From assembly GCA_012729015.1 (NCBI GenBank), contig JAAYDY010000113.1:12206-76205 (forward strand): 64,000 nucleotides of DNA. Reading direction: 5' to 3'. This DNA is from Phycisphaerae bacterium. Its GTDB lineage: Bacteria; Planctomycetota; Phycisphaerae; FEN-1346; JAACEH01. Positions 39,184 through 49,896 of this stretch are shown here, one piece after another (position 1 is the stretch's first letter; each line of letters starts with the position of its first letter). Both the position numbers and the translations under genes were made by a program. The notes under the pieces were generated by a model. The model did not search any database. It had not been told where the DNA came from and saw nothing but the letters and a program-made list of their open reading frames with translations.

Positions 39184-39304
39184 TGCAAAGCACAACACAC
39201 ATTTCGTGCCGCGGCGGGGGCGGGCGCGGCAGTCAGGTCGAAACGTGATTCTGTCAGTGATCGAACACCGAGTCGTCAGGCCCTACTGAAGAGAGGTTCT
39301 CGCA

Positions 39305-39616
39305 GTGAGCGAATCGTGCGCGTCTTGGGCGGGTTGGCGTCCTCCCCCGAAACTCTACCGCATCGGAGAGGTGGTTCGTTACAGCGGCTTCTCGCGGCAG
39401 ACGGTCCACAACTACACGACGATGGGCCTCATCCGGGAAGAGGAGCGGACCGAAGGCGGTCACCGCATGTACGGCGAGGACGTCTTTCGCCGCCTTGCCG
39501 TCATCAAGGCCCTCAAGGGCAACAAGACTCTCGGTCAGATTCGACGGATTCTGGAAGATGAAACGTCCGAGGCGTCGGTAGCCGCCATCCAGGCGGCCGG
39601 CGCAGCGGTTCGGTAG
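39305..39616 (+). CDS. MerR family transcriptional regulator
   Basis: It has the HTH LYRIGEVVRYSGFSRQTVHNYTTMGLI followed by a coiled-coil. Confidence 0.7.
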   Translation: MSESCASWAGWRPPPKLYRIGEVVRYSGFSRQTVHNYTTMGLIREEERTEGGHRMYGEDVFRRLAVIKALKGNKTLGQIRRILEDETSEASVAAIQAAGAAVR

Positions 39617-39785
39617 GGGATTTTGCGTTACTGTGGGCGCCGCCTGCGGCGAAGGCCGGGGCGGCATTCGTGAGAGTGTGGCAACAACGGAGTCCTGTCT
39701 CTGGTGACGCGGGGACGGCTCCCGGGCGCGACGGTCGTTGCCGTTCGTCCACGTGTTGCTTAGTGCCATTGAAAGGTCGCCGACA

Positions 39786-42209
39786 ATGGCGCAGCAACCA
39801 CCAACCGACCAGCCCGTCACGGCTGCGCAACTGCGGTCGCAATTGGCCGACCGGTGGCAGATTCCGCTTCTGCTGCTGGGCATGGTCGTTTTCGTCCCCA
39901 GCGTCCTGTTCCTGGCGATTCGCCTCGGGCAGGAGAAGGTGGACCCCAACGTCCTGCTCCAGCGGGCACGCGACGCCGGCCAGGCCGGCAACTTCGCCGC
40001 CTGCGACACGCTCTGCGACGAGTTCCTGAAACAGTTCTCCGCCGATCCCTCGGTCGCCGAGGCCGCCATCGCCGAAGCCCTCGAGCTTCGCGGCGACGCC
40101 AATTTCGCCATGGCGGCCCTGCACCCCGACAAGGAAATGGACCTGCTGGACAAGGCTCGCCGCAGCTTCAACGACGCCGCCGAGCACCGGCCGTCGGGCG
40201 CCCCGTCGCCGCGGCTGCTGCTGAAGATGGGCCGGACCTATGCCGCCCTGGGCGAATTCGAGAAGGCCATCGTTCACTATGACCGGGCCCTGGAAAACGA
40301 GATCGAGAATCGCCTTGCGATTCACCGGGACAAGATCCAGGCCCTGCGGTCCATGGAGCCCGAGCCGCTCCTGGACGAGGCCCTGGCCGAGGTGGCCCAG
40401 ATTCACAAGGAACTCGGCGACCAGGCCACCGACGACCAGCGTCGTGACGTGGCCCTCATCGAGGCCGACCTCCTCAACGCCAAGGGCCGCTACGGCGAAG
40501 CCGAGGCGATCCTCCGCAAGGTGGCCGGCCAGAACATGCCGAAGGTGTTCCTGCTGGCTCTGGCCGACACGCAGCGACTGGCCGGCCGACACACCGACGC
40601 GATCGACACGCTCTTCGAGTTGCTCGACCGCGTCCCGGCCGACGAGGCCCAGCGCAGCGCCGAGGAGACGATCGATGCCCAGGCCTTCCAGATGCAGGGC
40701 CGCATCAGTTTCGACATGAAGAACTACGAGCGGGCTCTCCACTGGTTCCAGCGGACGGCCACCGAGTATCCGGGCACGGAGACGGCCCTGGCGGCCAAGC
40801 TCGGCACGGCCCAGACGTACCTCGTCCTCGACGAAAGCGCCCTGGCCGCCGAGGTTTACGCCGAAATCACGCCGGAGTTGCGGCAGATGCGCCCCGGGCA
40901 GAACCGCTGGATCGACCTGGAGGCCTCGCGGGCCGCGCTCAGGGTCCAGAGCGACAACGCTCGCAAGACCGGGCGCATCGACGACGCGCTGAAGTTCGTC
41001 ATGCTCGAAGAATCTTTGCTGCGCGACCCGGACGAGGACGTCCTGCTGCGCAAAGCGGGCATCCTGGCCGAGAGGGCCGGGGGCCTTGCCGCCGCGGCCG
41101 AGGCCCTTGACGCCCCCCCCGGCGCCGCCGAACGCGAGGGACTTCGCCGCCAGGCCGAACGCGACTGGAACGAGGCCGGCCACCTCTACCTGAGGGTGGC
41201 CGAGGAATTCCACGGGCAGACCCAGAAGGAGTATCCGAACGACCTCTGGGAAGCCGGCCGCTGCTTCATCCTCGCCGGCAGTCACGATCGGGCCATTACG
41301 GCGCTCGACCGTTTCGTCCGCGAGCAGCCGACCGATACCCGGGTTCCGCAGGCGCAGCTGGAAATCGCTCGCCAGTACGAGGTTCTGGGCCGGCTCGATG
41401 AGGCTGTCCGCGTGCTCCAGGAGCTGCGCGTCGCCAGCGGCGACACGCTTGCCGGCTTCGAGGGGCTCCACCGCCTTGGCAACATCTTCGTCCAGATGGG
41501 GCCCGACTTCTACGATCAGGCCGAGGAGGCCTACCGCGGCCTCGTCGAGGACTCCACGAAGGTCGAGCCCGAGAGCCTCTGGTACCGCAGCAGCCTGCTG
41601 CAACTCGGCCGCCTGCTCCACCGTCGCGGTGATTACGACCGCGCGATCCTCGCCCTGAACGAGTACATGCAGCGTTATCCGGCCGATCCCGACGCCGTGT
41701 CGGCCGCGTGCCTCATCGCGTCGTCCGTGCGGCGGCAGGGGCTCAAGGCCCTCGAGAAGAGCCAGTCCGCCGTCCGTCAGGCCGACAAGGACGCCCTGCT
41801 GGAGATCTACCGCCAGAAGACCGGCAGCGCCGCCGATCAGTACCGACAGTTGGCGAAGGACTACGAGTCGCTTGCCCCGGAGGCGATGACGCCCCTGAGG
41901 CAGCAGGAGTACTGCACGGTCCTGTTCGAACAGGCCGAGTGCCTGATCGAACTGGGCCGCCTGGACGAGGCCACCGCCCTCTACAACGTCGTGGTCTACC
42001 GGTTCCAGATGGACCCGTGCGTGATGGCGGCCTACGTGAGGCTGGCCGCCGCCCACGAGAAGGCCGGCCACAAGGACAAGGCCCGCGCCGTCTACGAACG
42101 GGCCCGCTGGACCCTGGAGAAGATTCCCGAGGAGGCCTTCGCCATGCGCATCGGCGAGCCCTCGAAACAGTACTGGGCCCACTGGATCCAGACCATGCAG
42201 CAGAATTGA
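39786..42209 (+). CDS. Membrane-anchored TPR-repeat protein
   Basis: The start is set at MAQQPPTDQ. A single TM (IPLLLLGMVVFVPSVLFLAI) precedes about 750 aa of TPR-like helical repeats. Confidence 0.6.
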   Translation: MAQQPPTDQPVTAAQLRSQLADRWQIPLLLLGMVVFVPSVLFLAIRLGQEKVDPNVLLQRARDAGQAGNFAACDTLCDEFLKQFSADPSVAEAAIAEALELRGDANFAMAALHPDKEMDLLDKARRSFNDAAEHRPSGAPSPRLLLKMGRTYAALGEFEKAIVHYDRALENEIENRLAIHRDKIQALRSMEPEPLLDEALAEVAQIHKELGDQATDDQRRDVALIEADLLNAKGRYGEAEAILRKVAGQNMPKVFLLALADTQRLAGRHTDAIDTLFELLDRVPADEAQRSAEETIDAQAFQMQGRISFDMKNYERALHWFQRTATEYPGTETALAAKLGTAQTYLVLDESALAAEVYAEITPELRQMRPGQNRWIDLEASRAALRVQSDNARKTGRIDDALKFVMLEESLLRDPDEDVLLRKAGILAERAGGLAAAAEALDAPPGAAEREGLRRQAERDWNEAGHLYLRVAEEFHGQTQKEYPNDLWEAGRCFILAGSHDRAITALDRFVREQPTDTRVPQAQLEIARQYEVLGRLDEAVRVLQELRVASGDTLAGFEGLHRLGNIFVQMGPDFYDQAEEAYRGLVEDSTKVEPESLWYRSSLLQLGRLLHRRGDYDRAILALNEYMQRYPADPDAVSAACLIASSVRRQGLKALEKSQSAVRQADKDALLEIYRQKTGSAADQYRQLAKDYESLAPEAMTPLRQQEYCTVLFEQAECLIELGRLDEATALYNVVVYRFQMDPCVMAAYVRLAAAHEKAGHKDKARAVYERARWTLEKIPEEAFAMRIGEPSKQYWAHWIQTMQQN

Positions 42210-42227
42210 CGGGCACACAGGAGCCCC

Positions 42228-42692
42228 ATGCGGATGACGACCTTCAGTGCCGACCAGATTCTTGACGCCCTCCGGCAGGAAGCCGACGCCTGCCGCGAGC
42301 TGGCCGAGCTGCGCGGCGAGCAGCGGCGGCTCATCGACGCCGACCGCGCCGAGGACCTGCTGGCCGTCCTGGCCCGGAAGCAGAAGGCCATCAACCGCGT
42401 CGGGAGCCTCGAAGAACTGCTCAAGCCCGTCAAGGCGGAGTGGAACGTGCGGCGGCAGGAACTGCCGCCCGTGGCGCGCGTCGAGATCGCCGAGGCGTTC
42501 CGCCGGGTCCGCGACCTGCTCGAAGCGCTGATCGCCCGTGAGACCGAGGATGCCGAGGCGCTGGCCCAGCGCAAGGACGCGGCCGAACGCGAACTGGCCA
42601 CGTTCGACGGCAAACGCCGGATTCAGAACGCCTATCGGGCGCCCGACGTCCGGGGCGGCGATGGTTCGCTCCTGAACCACCTGGAAGGCTGA
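42228..42692 (+). CDS. FlgN-like coiled-coil protein (putative flagellar export chaperone)
   Basis: A 154-aa helical protein with an ILDALRQEADACRELAELRGEQRRLI FlgN-like pattern lies immediately upstream of the flagellar two-component pair and the flgB operon. Confidence 0.35.
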   Translation: MRMTTFSADQILDALRQEADACRELAELRGEQRRLIDADRAEDLLAVLARKQKAINRVGSLEELLKPVKAEWNVRRQELPPVARVEIAEAFRRVRDLLEALIARETEDAEALAQRKDAAERELATFDGKRRIQNAYRAPDVRGGDGSLLNHLEG

Positions 42693-42699
42693 GCGAGAC

Positions 42700-43635
42700 G
42701 TGAACGACGGAGGCAGTCCCATGACTTCTCAGGCCGTGAACGCTGCTGCGAAAACTGAGCCGTCGCGCGACGACCTGCTCGAAATCCTGCTGCGCTACAA
42801 CGAGGCCACCGAGCGGCTGCGCTCCAGCCACGAAGCCCTCAAGGGTGAGGTCGTCCGTCTGCGCGGCGAGTTGGAGGAGAAGAACCGCGAACTGCGCCGG
42901 CGACAGCGGCTCGCGATGCTCGGCGAAATGGCTGCCGGCATGGCCCACGAGATACGCAATCCCCTCGGCGGCATCATGCTCTGCGCCGACATGCTTCGCG
43001 ACGACATGGCCGGCAGTCGCGAGGCCCTGGACATCCTCGTGCGGCTCGAGAGCGGCGTCCGCATCCTCAACCGCATCGTCGAGGACATGCTGCTGTTCAC
43101 GCGCGACCTCCACGTGGATGCCCAGCCCTGGCTTCTCGCCGACCTGGTCCGCTCGGCCCTCGACCTGGCTTCGCACGATGTCCGGCGCAGCAGCCTCCGC
43201 GTCCTCATCAGCGACTGGGAACTCGACCATTGGGTTCGGGCCGACGGTTCGCTGATCATTCGTTCGCTGTTGAACCTGATTCTCAACGCCGCCCAGGCCG
43301 GTGAAACGCGGCCCGACGCCTCGCTGCGCATCACCGCGGCCCCCGGACACGAGTCCAATCAGGTCGCCATCATCCTGGAAGACACCTGCGGCGGCATCGC
43401 CGCCGAGGACCTCGACAAGATCTTCGATCCGTTCTTCACCCGCCGCGACAAGGGGACCGGCCTCGGGCTGGCGATTGTTCATCGGACCATGGAGGCCCAC
43501 GGCGGGCAGATTGCCGCACAGAACAACCGCGTCGGCGGCGCCACGTTCACTCTCACGCTGCCGGAGGCCCAACGTCCCGATGCCCCGGCGGCCGGTGATG
43601 CGGGCTCGACCCACGCGGTCTGCAAGGAGCGCTGA
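42700..43635 (+). CDS. Cytoplasmic sensor histidine kinase (HisKA + HATPase_c), FlrB/NtrB-like
   Basis: The H-box is MAHEIRNPLGG. The N, G1 and G2 boxes are LNLILNAAQA, DTCGGIAAEDLDKIFDPFFT and GTGLGLAIV. There are no TM segments. Confidence 0.85.
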   Translation: MNDGGSPMTSQAVNAAAKTEPSRDDLLEILLRYNEATERLRSSHEALKGEVVRLRGELEEKNRELRRRQRLAMLGEMAAGMAHEIRNPLGGIMLCADMLRDDMAGSREALDILVRLESGVRILNRIVEDMLLFTRDLHVDAQPWLLADLVRSALDLASHDVRRSSLRVLISDWELDHWVRADGSLIIRSLLNLILNAAQAGETRPDASLRITAAPGHESNQVAIILEDTCGGIAAEDLDKIFDPFFTRRDKGTGLGLAIVHRTMEAHGGQIAAQNNRVGGATFTLTLPEAQRPDAPAAGDAGSTHAVCKER

Positions 43636-43638
43636 TTC

Positions 43639-45036
<1,398 letters not shown>

Positions 45037-45103
45037 ACTCCGGGCGGGCTTTCCGGCCGGGGTCGGCGTGGGACGGGGAAGAGGTTTGGTATGGAATATA
45101 AGG

Positions 45104-45118
45104 TGTTTTTGAAAAACA
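45104..45118 (+). promoter_or_regulatory. Palindrome TGTTTTT-G-AAAAACA (candidate enhancer/IHF-like site) upstream of the sigma-54 promoter
   Basis: Read directly from the sequence, about 45 bp upstream of the -24 element. Confidence 0.3.
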
Positions 45119-45163
45119 GGTTAGAGGTGTCACGAGCCGGGTACGAGCGTTCCATGCCGGCTC

Positions 45164-45178
45164 TGGTACGGACTTTGC
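45164..45178 (+). promoter_or_regulatory. Sigma-54 (RpoN) promoter candidate TGGTAC-GGAC-TTTGC about 40 nt upstream of flgB
   Basis: GG and GC are separated by exactly 10 nt, as in the consensus TGGCAC-N5-TTGC. It sits between the sigma-54 activator gene and flgB. Confidence 0.5.
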
Positions 45179-45219
45179 GAAATGCCCACGTGAGGTCCTG
45201 CGCTTAGGAGGGCGCGACG

Positions 45220-45660
45220 GTGGCGAGTTGGTTGGCAGGCATTCTCAACGGCGGTCGGTTGGCTGTGGCCCAGCAGGTGGCCCAGTTCGCCGAGGCCCGC
45301 CACGGCATCCTGGCCGACAACATCGCCAACATCGACACGCCCTACTACAAGGTCCGCGATCTGCCGGTGGCCGAGTTCCAGGGCATGCTCGGCAAGGCCA
45401 TCCGCGAGGCCCGCGACGCGGGCGGCCCGCTGAGGCTCGAAAGCAGCGCGAACATCGAGGTCAGTCGTCGTGGCGACAGCCTGGAGTTCAAGCCCGTCGA
45501 GCGCGAGGAGGCCAACCTCCTGTTCCACGACGGGAACAACCGAAGCATCGAGCAGGAAATGAGCGAACTGGCCAAGAACGCGTTGATGCACCGCACGGCG
45601 ATCGAGATTCTCCGCGGGCAGTTCAACGCCCTGGAAACGGCCATCCGAGGCAAGCTCTAG
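45220..45660 (+). CDS. flgB: Flagellar basal-body rod protein FlgB
   Basis: It has the FlgB N-terminal motif ADNIANIDTPYYK. Confidence 0.85.
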   Translation: MASWLAGILNGGRLAVAQQVAQFAEARHGILADNIANIDTPYYKVRDLPVAEFQGMLGKAIREARDAGGPLRLESSANIEVSRRGDSLEFKPVEREEANLLFHDGNNRSIEQEMSELAKNALMHRTAIEILRGQFNALETAIRGKL

Positions 45661-45669
45661 GAGTGAGCG

Positions 45670-46071
45670 ATGTTCCAGTCCTTCGACATCAGCACCAGCG
45701 GCATGCAGGCCCAGCGGGTTCGCATGACGGCCATCGCCTCGAACCTGGCCAACGTCAACACGACGCGCAATGCCGCGGGCGAGTTGCAGCCGTATCGGCG
45801 GCTCATCACTCTGTTCGAGCAGGGCGCCCAGGGCCCCGACACCCCCGGCGTCCGCGTGTCGGGCATCGTCCAGCAGCGGGGGCCCATGCGACGTGTCGAG
45901 GCGCCCCATCATCCGGACGCCGGACCCGACGGCTACGTCTCGTTTCCGAACGTGGACACGGCCACCGAGATGATTGACGCACTGGAGGCATCGAGGGCCT
46001 TCGAGGCGAACGTGACGGCCTTCGAGGCCACCAAGAGCATGTTGACCAACGCCTTGAGGATTCTGGCGTGA
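45670..46071 (+). CDS. flgC: Flagellar basal-body rod protein FlgC
   Basis: MFQSFDISTSGMQAQRVRMTAIASNLANVNTTR and the C-terminal EMIDALEASRAFEANV are present. Confidence 0.9.
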   Translation: MFQSFDISTSGMQAQRVRMTAIASNLANVNTTRNAAGELQPYRRLITLFEQGAQGPDTPGVRVSGIVQQRGPMRRVEAPHHPDAGPDGYVSFPNVDTATEMIDALEASRAFEANVTAFEATKSMLTNALRILA

Positions 46072-46134
46072 TAACGTCTGACGCCGGCCGCGCGCGGAGC
46101 GCGACGACCGGACGTCGCGACAGGGAAGTCTGAC

Positions 46135-46449
46135 ATGGCGAACGAAATCAACGGGAATTTCCAGATCGGGCAGCGGCTCCTCCAGGACGCCCAGAAGCTC
46201 GGCCCCCGGCCGCCGGCGGCCGAGGGCACGCCCTCGTTCAAGGACATGCTCGTCAAGAACCTGGAAGAGGTGCAGCGGCTTCAGCAGGACGCCGACGTGG
46301 CCTTCGAGCGGTTGGCCACCGGCCAGACCAGCAACGTCACCGAGGTCCTGTCGGCCGTGCAGAAAGCCGACCTGGCCTTCAAGACCCTGATGCAGATGCG
46401 CAACAAGCTGGTCGACGCCTGGGACGAAATTCGCAACATGCGCATCTGA
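46135..46449 (+). CDS. fliE: Flagellar hook-basal body protein FliE
   Basis: The 104-aa protein has the FliE C-terminal helix EVLSAVQKADLAFKTLMQMRNKLVDAW. Confidence 0.85.
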   Translation: MANEINGNFQIGQRLLQDAQKLGPRPPAAEGTPSFKDMLVKNLEEVQRLQQDADVAFERLATGQTSNVTEVLSAVQKADLAFKTLMQMRNKLVDAWDEIRNMRI

Positions 46450-46517
46450 CCAAGTGGGTGGCAGTCCGGGCCGCGGAGTGCGGCCGGGAAACGTAGAGAG
46501 AACCGGGAGACGGCACG

Positions 46518-48125
46518 ATGGAGTTCCTGCAACAGAAAATCGACCAGCTCAAGGCCACGTGGCTCGGCCTTACTCGCAGCGGCCGCCTGGCCCTGGTCAT
46601 GGTCGTTCTGCTCGTGGCAGCCGTTCTGGCCATTGTCGCCCAGAACACCGGAACGCCCGACCTGTCGCCGCTGCCGGTCCAGTTCGCCGCCGACGAGATC
46701 GCCCCGGCCGTCGATGTCCTCAGGGCCAAGCAGGTCCGGCACGAGGTCCGCGGCAACCAGATCCTTGTTCCCGCGGACATGCGGCCCATGGCTCTCGGCA
46801 TGCTCGCCACCAGCGAGGCCATCTCCAGCGACAGCGACATCGACGTCGAGCAACTGTTCAGCGGCGGCAGCATGTGGACGCCCAACGAGGAACGCGACCG
46901 CCAGTGGAAGTTCTTCCGCAAACGCGAACTCGAGAAGTGGATCGGCGGTCTGCCGGGCGTCCGCCGCGCCAGCGTGAACATCAACTACGGCACCGCCGGG
47001 ACCATCGGCCGGGTGCCGCACGGCGTCTCGGCTTCCGTGGCCGTCGATACCGGCCAGGCCCAGCCGCTGGCCTACGTCACCGCGGCGACGGTGGCCCACT
47101 GGGTCGCCCGCGCCACCAACGGTCTCACGGTCGATAAGGTCACGGTCATCGACCGGACCCACGGACGCCACTTCAACATCGACAACGACGGCGCCGCGGC
47201 GTCCAGCGCCGTGCTCCGCGTGCAGCAGGAGTACGAGAAGCACTACGAGGAATGTCTCCGCAACGGTCTCGCCCCGTTCATCCCCGGCGTGGTCGTCGGC
47301 GTCAGCGTCACCGTCAGCGCCCACCCCGAGAAGATCGTCAAGCACGAGCCCGATAAGGACAAGATCATCACCGGCAGCATGAAGGAGCGCTCGCGCCAGG
47401 TGACCGGCGGCTCCGGCGGCGGCGAGCCCGGCGTCGTCAGCAACACCGGCGCCGGCGTCAGCGGCGCTACCTCCGCGGTCGGCTCCGAGAAGTCCTCCGA
47501 AGAGAATCTCGGCGACCCGCTCGACTGGGGGCGCCTCGACACGGTCATCGACAAGGCCCCCGGCGCCCTGGAGCAGGTCAAGGCCACCGTCAGTGTGCCG
47601 CGCAGCTACTTCGTCAACATCCTCCAGATGCGCGGCGAGGCCGCCGACGACAAGGTCGACGAGGCCAAGCTGACGGCCGTCATGACGACCGAGCTCGACA
47701 AGGTCCGCAAGCAGGCCGAGACCCTGATCGGGTCCGTCGCCGGCTCCACGGTCAGCGTGGACTGGTTCTACGACGTGGCCGATGTGGCCGACGACGCGGC
47801 CGAAGGCTCCGCCGGCAGCGGCCTTCTTCAGACCGCCATGCAGTATGGGCCCTCGGTGGCCCTGGGCGTCCTGGCGATGCTGGCCCTCCTGATGGTCTAC
47901 AAGGTCATCAGCAAGCTTCAGCCCGTCCAGGTGCCCGCCGAGGCCAGGACGGCCGAAGAGCACGTCGGCGAGGCCGGTCTGACGCTGGACAGCATCCTCG
48001 AAGGCGTCGAGCTCGAAGCCGAAACGATCCGCACCAGCAAGATGCAGGATCAGATCAGCAACATGATCCGCGAGGATCCCGAAGGGGTCGCGGGTCTGAT
48101 GAAGCGCTGGATTGCCAAGGAGTAG
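46518..48125 (+). CDS. fliF: Flagellar MS-ring protein FliF
   Basis: The 535-aa protein has an N-terminal TM, the YscJ/FliF domain, a second TM near the C-terminus and a FliG-binding tail. Confidence 0.9.
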   Translation: MEFLQQKIDQLKATWLGLTRSGRLALVMVVLLVAAVLAIVAQNTGTPDLSPLPVQFAADEIAPAVDVLRAKQVRHEVRGNQILVPADMRPMALGMLATSEAISSDSDIDVEQLFSGGSMWTPNEERDRQWKFFRKRELEKWIGGLPGVRRASVNINYGTAGTIGRVPHGVSASVAVDTGQAQPLAYVTAATVAHWVARATNGLTVDKVTVIDRTHGRHFNIDNDGAAASSAVLRVQQEYEKHYEECLRNGLAPFIPGVVVGVSVTVSAHPEKIVKHEPDKDKIITGSMKERSRQVTGGSGGGEPGVVSNTGAGVSGATSAVGSEKSSEENLGDPLDWGRLDTVIDKAPGALEQVKATVSVPRSYFVNILQMRGEAADDKVDEAKLTAVMTTELDKVRKQAETLIGSVAGSTVSVDWFYDVADVADDAAEGSAGSGLLQTAMQYGPSVALGVLAMLALLMVYKVISKLQPVQVPAEARTAEEHVGEAGLTLDSILEGVELEAETIRTSKMQDQISNMIREDPEGVAGLMKRWIAKE

Positions 48126-48128
48126 ACG

Positions 48129-49142
48129 GTGGCGACGGAAACAACCTACGGCAATGCTCGCAAGGCGGCGATCCTCCTGGTCAGCATCGAGGAGGATCTG
48201 GCCGCGCTCATCATGTCCAAGATGGACAAGGAGCAGATCGAGGTCGTCACGCGCGAGATCGCCAAGCTCCGCAACATCAGCCAGAAAGAGCGCGACACGG
48301 TGGTCGAGGAGTTCTACCACGTGGCCCTGGCTCGCGGCGTCATGGACTCGGGCGGCCCGAACGCCGCGCGCAGCATCCTCGAGAAGTCCTTCTCCAAGGA
48401 AGAGGCCGGCGCGATCATGCAGTCGATCGAGAAGTCCATGCAGGCCACTCCCTTTGCGTTCCTCCAGCGGGCCGAGAGCGGCAACCTCCTGACCTTCATC
48501 CAGAGCGAGCACCCGCAGACCATCGCCCTGATCCTGTCGCACCTGCCGAGCAACCAGGCGGCCGAGATCCTCAGCGGCCTGCCGTCGAAGACGCAGATCG
48601 AGGTCGTCCGGCGCGTGGCCAACATGGAACAGACCAGCCCCGAGGTCATTGCCCAGGTCGAGAAGGCCCTCGAGAGCCGCCTCAGCGCCATCGTGTCCCA
48701 GAAGCTCGAAAAGGCCGGCGGCATCGAGGCCGTCGCCGAGATCCTCAACCTCGCCGACCGCGCCACCGAGAAGAGCATCATGGAAAGCCTCGACGAGGAC
48801 GACCCCGAACTGGTCGAGCAGATACGGCGCCTGATGTTCGTCTTCGAGGACATCATCCTCGTCAACGACAAGGGCATCCAGGCCGTCCTCAAGGAGATCG
48901 AGAACGAGACCCTCGCCCTTGCTCTCAAGACCGCCAGCGAGGAGCTCAAGGAGAAGATCTTCAAGAATATGTCCGAACGCGCCGTGACGCTCATCAAGGA
49001 AGACATGCAGTACATGGGCCCGGTCCGCGTCGCCGACGTCGAGGCCGCCCAGCAGAAGATTGTCGACGTGGTCCGCCGCCTCGAGGACGCCGGCGAAATC
49101 ATCATCTCCGGCCGCGGCGGAGAGGAGGAACTCGTTGTCTAG
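48129..49142 (+). CDS. fliG: Flagellar motor switch protein FliG
   Basis: The 337-aa protein matches FliG along its whole length, with the sequence EQTSPEVIAQVEKALESRL. Confidence 0.9.
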   Translation: MATETTYGNARKAAILLVSIEEDLAALIMSKMDKEQIEVVTREIAKLRNISQKERDTVVEEFYHVALARGVMDSGGPNAARSILEKSFSKEEAGAIMQSIEKSMQATPFAFLQRAESGNLLTFIQSEHPQTIALILSHLPSNQAAEILSGLPSKTQIEVVRRVANMEQTSPEVIAQVEKALESRLSAIVSQKLEKAGGIEAVAEILNLADRATEKSIMESLDEDDPELVEQIRRLMFVFEDIILVNDKGIQAVLKEIENETLALALKTASEELKEKIFKNMSERAVTLIKEDMQYMGPVRVADVEAAQQKIVDVVRRLEDAGEIIISGRGGEEELVV

Positions 49143-49896
49143 CGTCGCCACCCATCGTGCCGCCGTCGAGCAGGAGGTCCAGGGACCGGTTCCCCTGAAC
49201 CTGCGCGACGTCGAGCAGCTTGCCGGCGAGGCCGTCGAGCGGGCTCGCGCCAAGGCGCGCGAAATCCTCACCGAAGCCGTCGCCCGGGCCAAAGAGATGG
49301 AGCAGGTGGCCACGGCTCGCGGCGAAAAGGCCGGCTACGACGCCGGGTTCGCCAAGGGCCACGAGGCCGGGAAGGTCGAGGCCCAGGCCGCTGAAACCCG
49401 ACGCATCCAGGACGCTACCGCCACCCTCAGCGAGGCCCTCCTGGAAGTCCTCCGCGGCGTCGAAGCCCATCGCAACGAACTGCTGGCCGAGGCCCGACAG
49501 GACCTGCTGTTGCTGGCCATCGCCATGGCCGAACGCATCTGCCGCGTCAAGCTGGCCGCCGGCGACGAGCACGTGCGGCCCCTGCTCGAGGAGGTCATCG
49601 AGCACGTCGGCACGAGTGGCCGCATGGTTCTCCGCATTCACCCGCTCGACGCCGACGCCGCCAGGGCGTTTCTCGGCACGCTCCATGCCGCCATGGCCGG
49701 CGACGACGCCTCCCCGGTCACGCTCGTCCCCGACGAGAGCGTCACCCGCGGCGGCTGCGTGGCCGAACGCGTCAACGGCAAGGTCGATGCCCAGGTCGAA
49801 ACCCAGATTCAACGTATCGCCGCCGAGTTGATCGGCGTCGAGTGTCCGCTCGCCGCCGGTTCGGCGGCCGCCGAGGCCACAGGAGGCAACCCATGA
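49135..49896 (+). CDS. fliH: Flagellar assembly protein FliH
   Basis: The FliH-like sequence EALLEVLRGVEAHRNELLAEARQDLLLLAIAMAERICRVKL is present. The start is uncertain: the track start at 49060 overlaps fliG by 83 nt, so the TTG at 49135 (8-nt overlap) is preferred. The stop overlaps the fliI ATG (ATGA). Confidence 0.7.
   Translation: MSSVATHRAAVEQEVQGPVPLNLRDVEQLAGEAVERARAKAREILTEAVARAKEMEQVATARGEKAGYDAGFAKGHEAGKVEAQAAETRRIQDATATLSEALLEVLRGVEAHRNELLAEARQDLLLLAIAMAERICRVKLAAGDEHVRPLLEEVIEHVGTSGRMVLRIHPLDADAARAFLGTLHAAMAGDDASPVTLVPDESVTRGGCVAERVNGKVDAQVETQIQRIAAELIGVECPLAAGSAAAEATGGNP

Larger units (their letters stand above)
35950..39300. mobile_element. tRNA-Pro-adjacent accessory island: gene-poor, repeat-dense, with a lower-GC protease cassette and no recognisable integrase
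   Basis: It begins at the 3' end of the tRNA and ends at the AT-rich promoter region before merR. Most of it is non-coding with hairpin repeats. The embedded genes are visibly lower in GC than the core. Confidence 0.35.
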
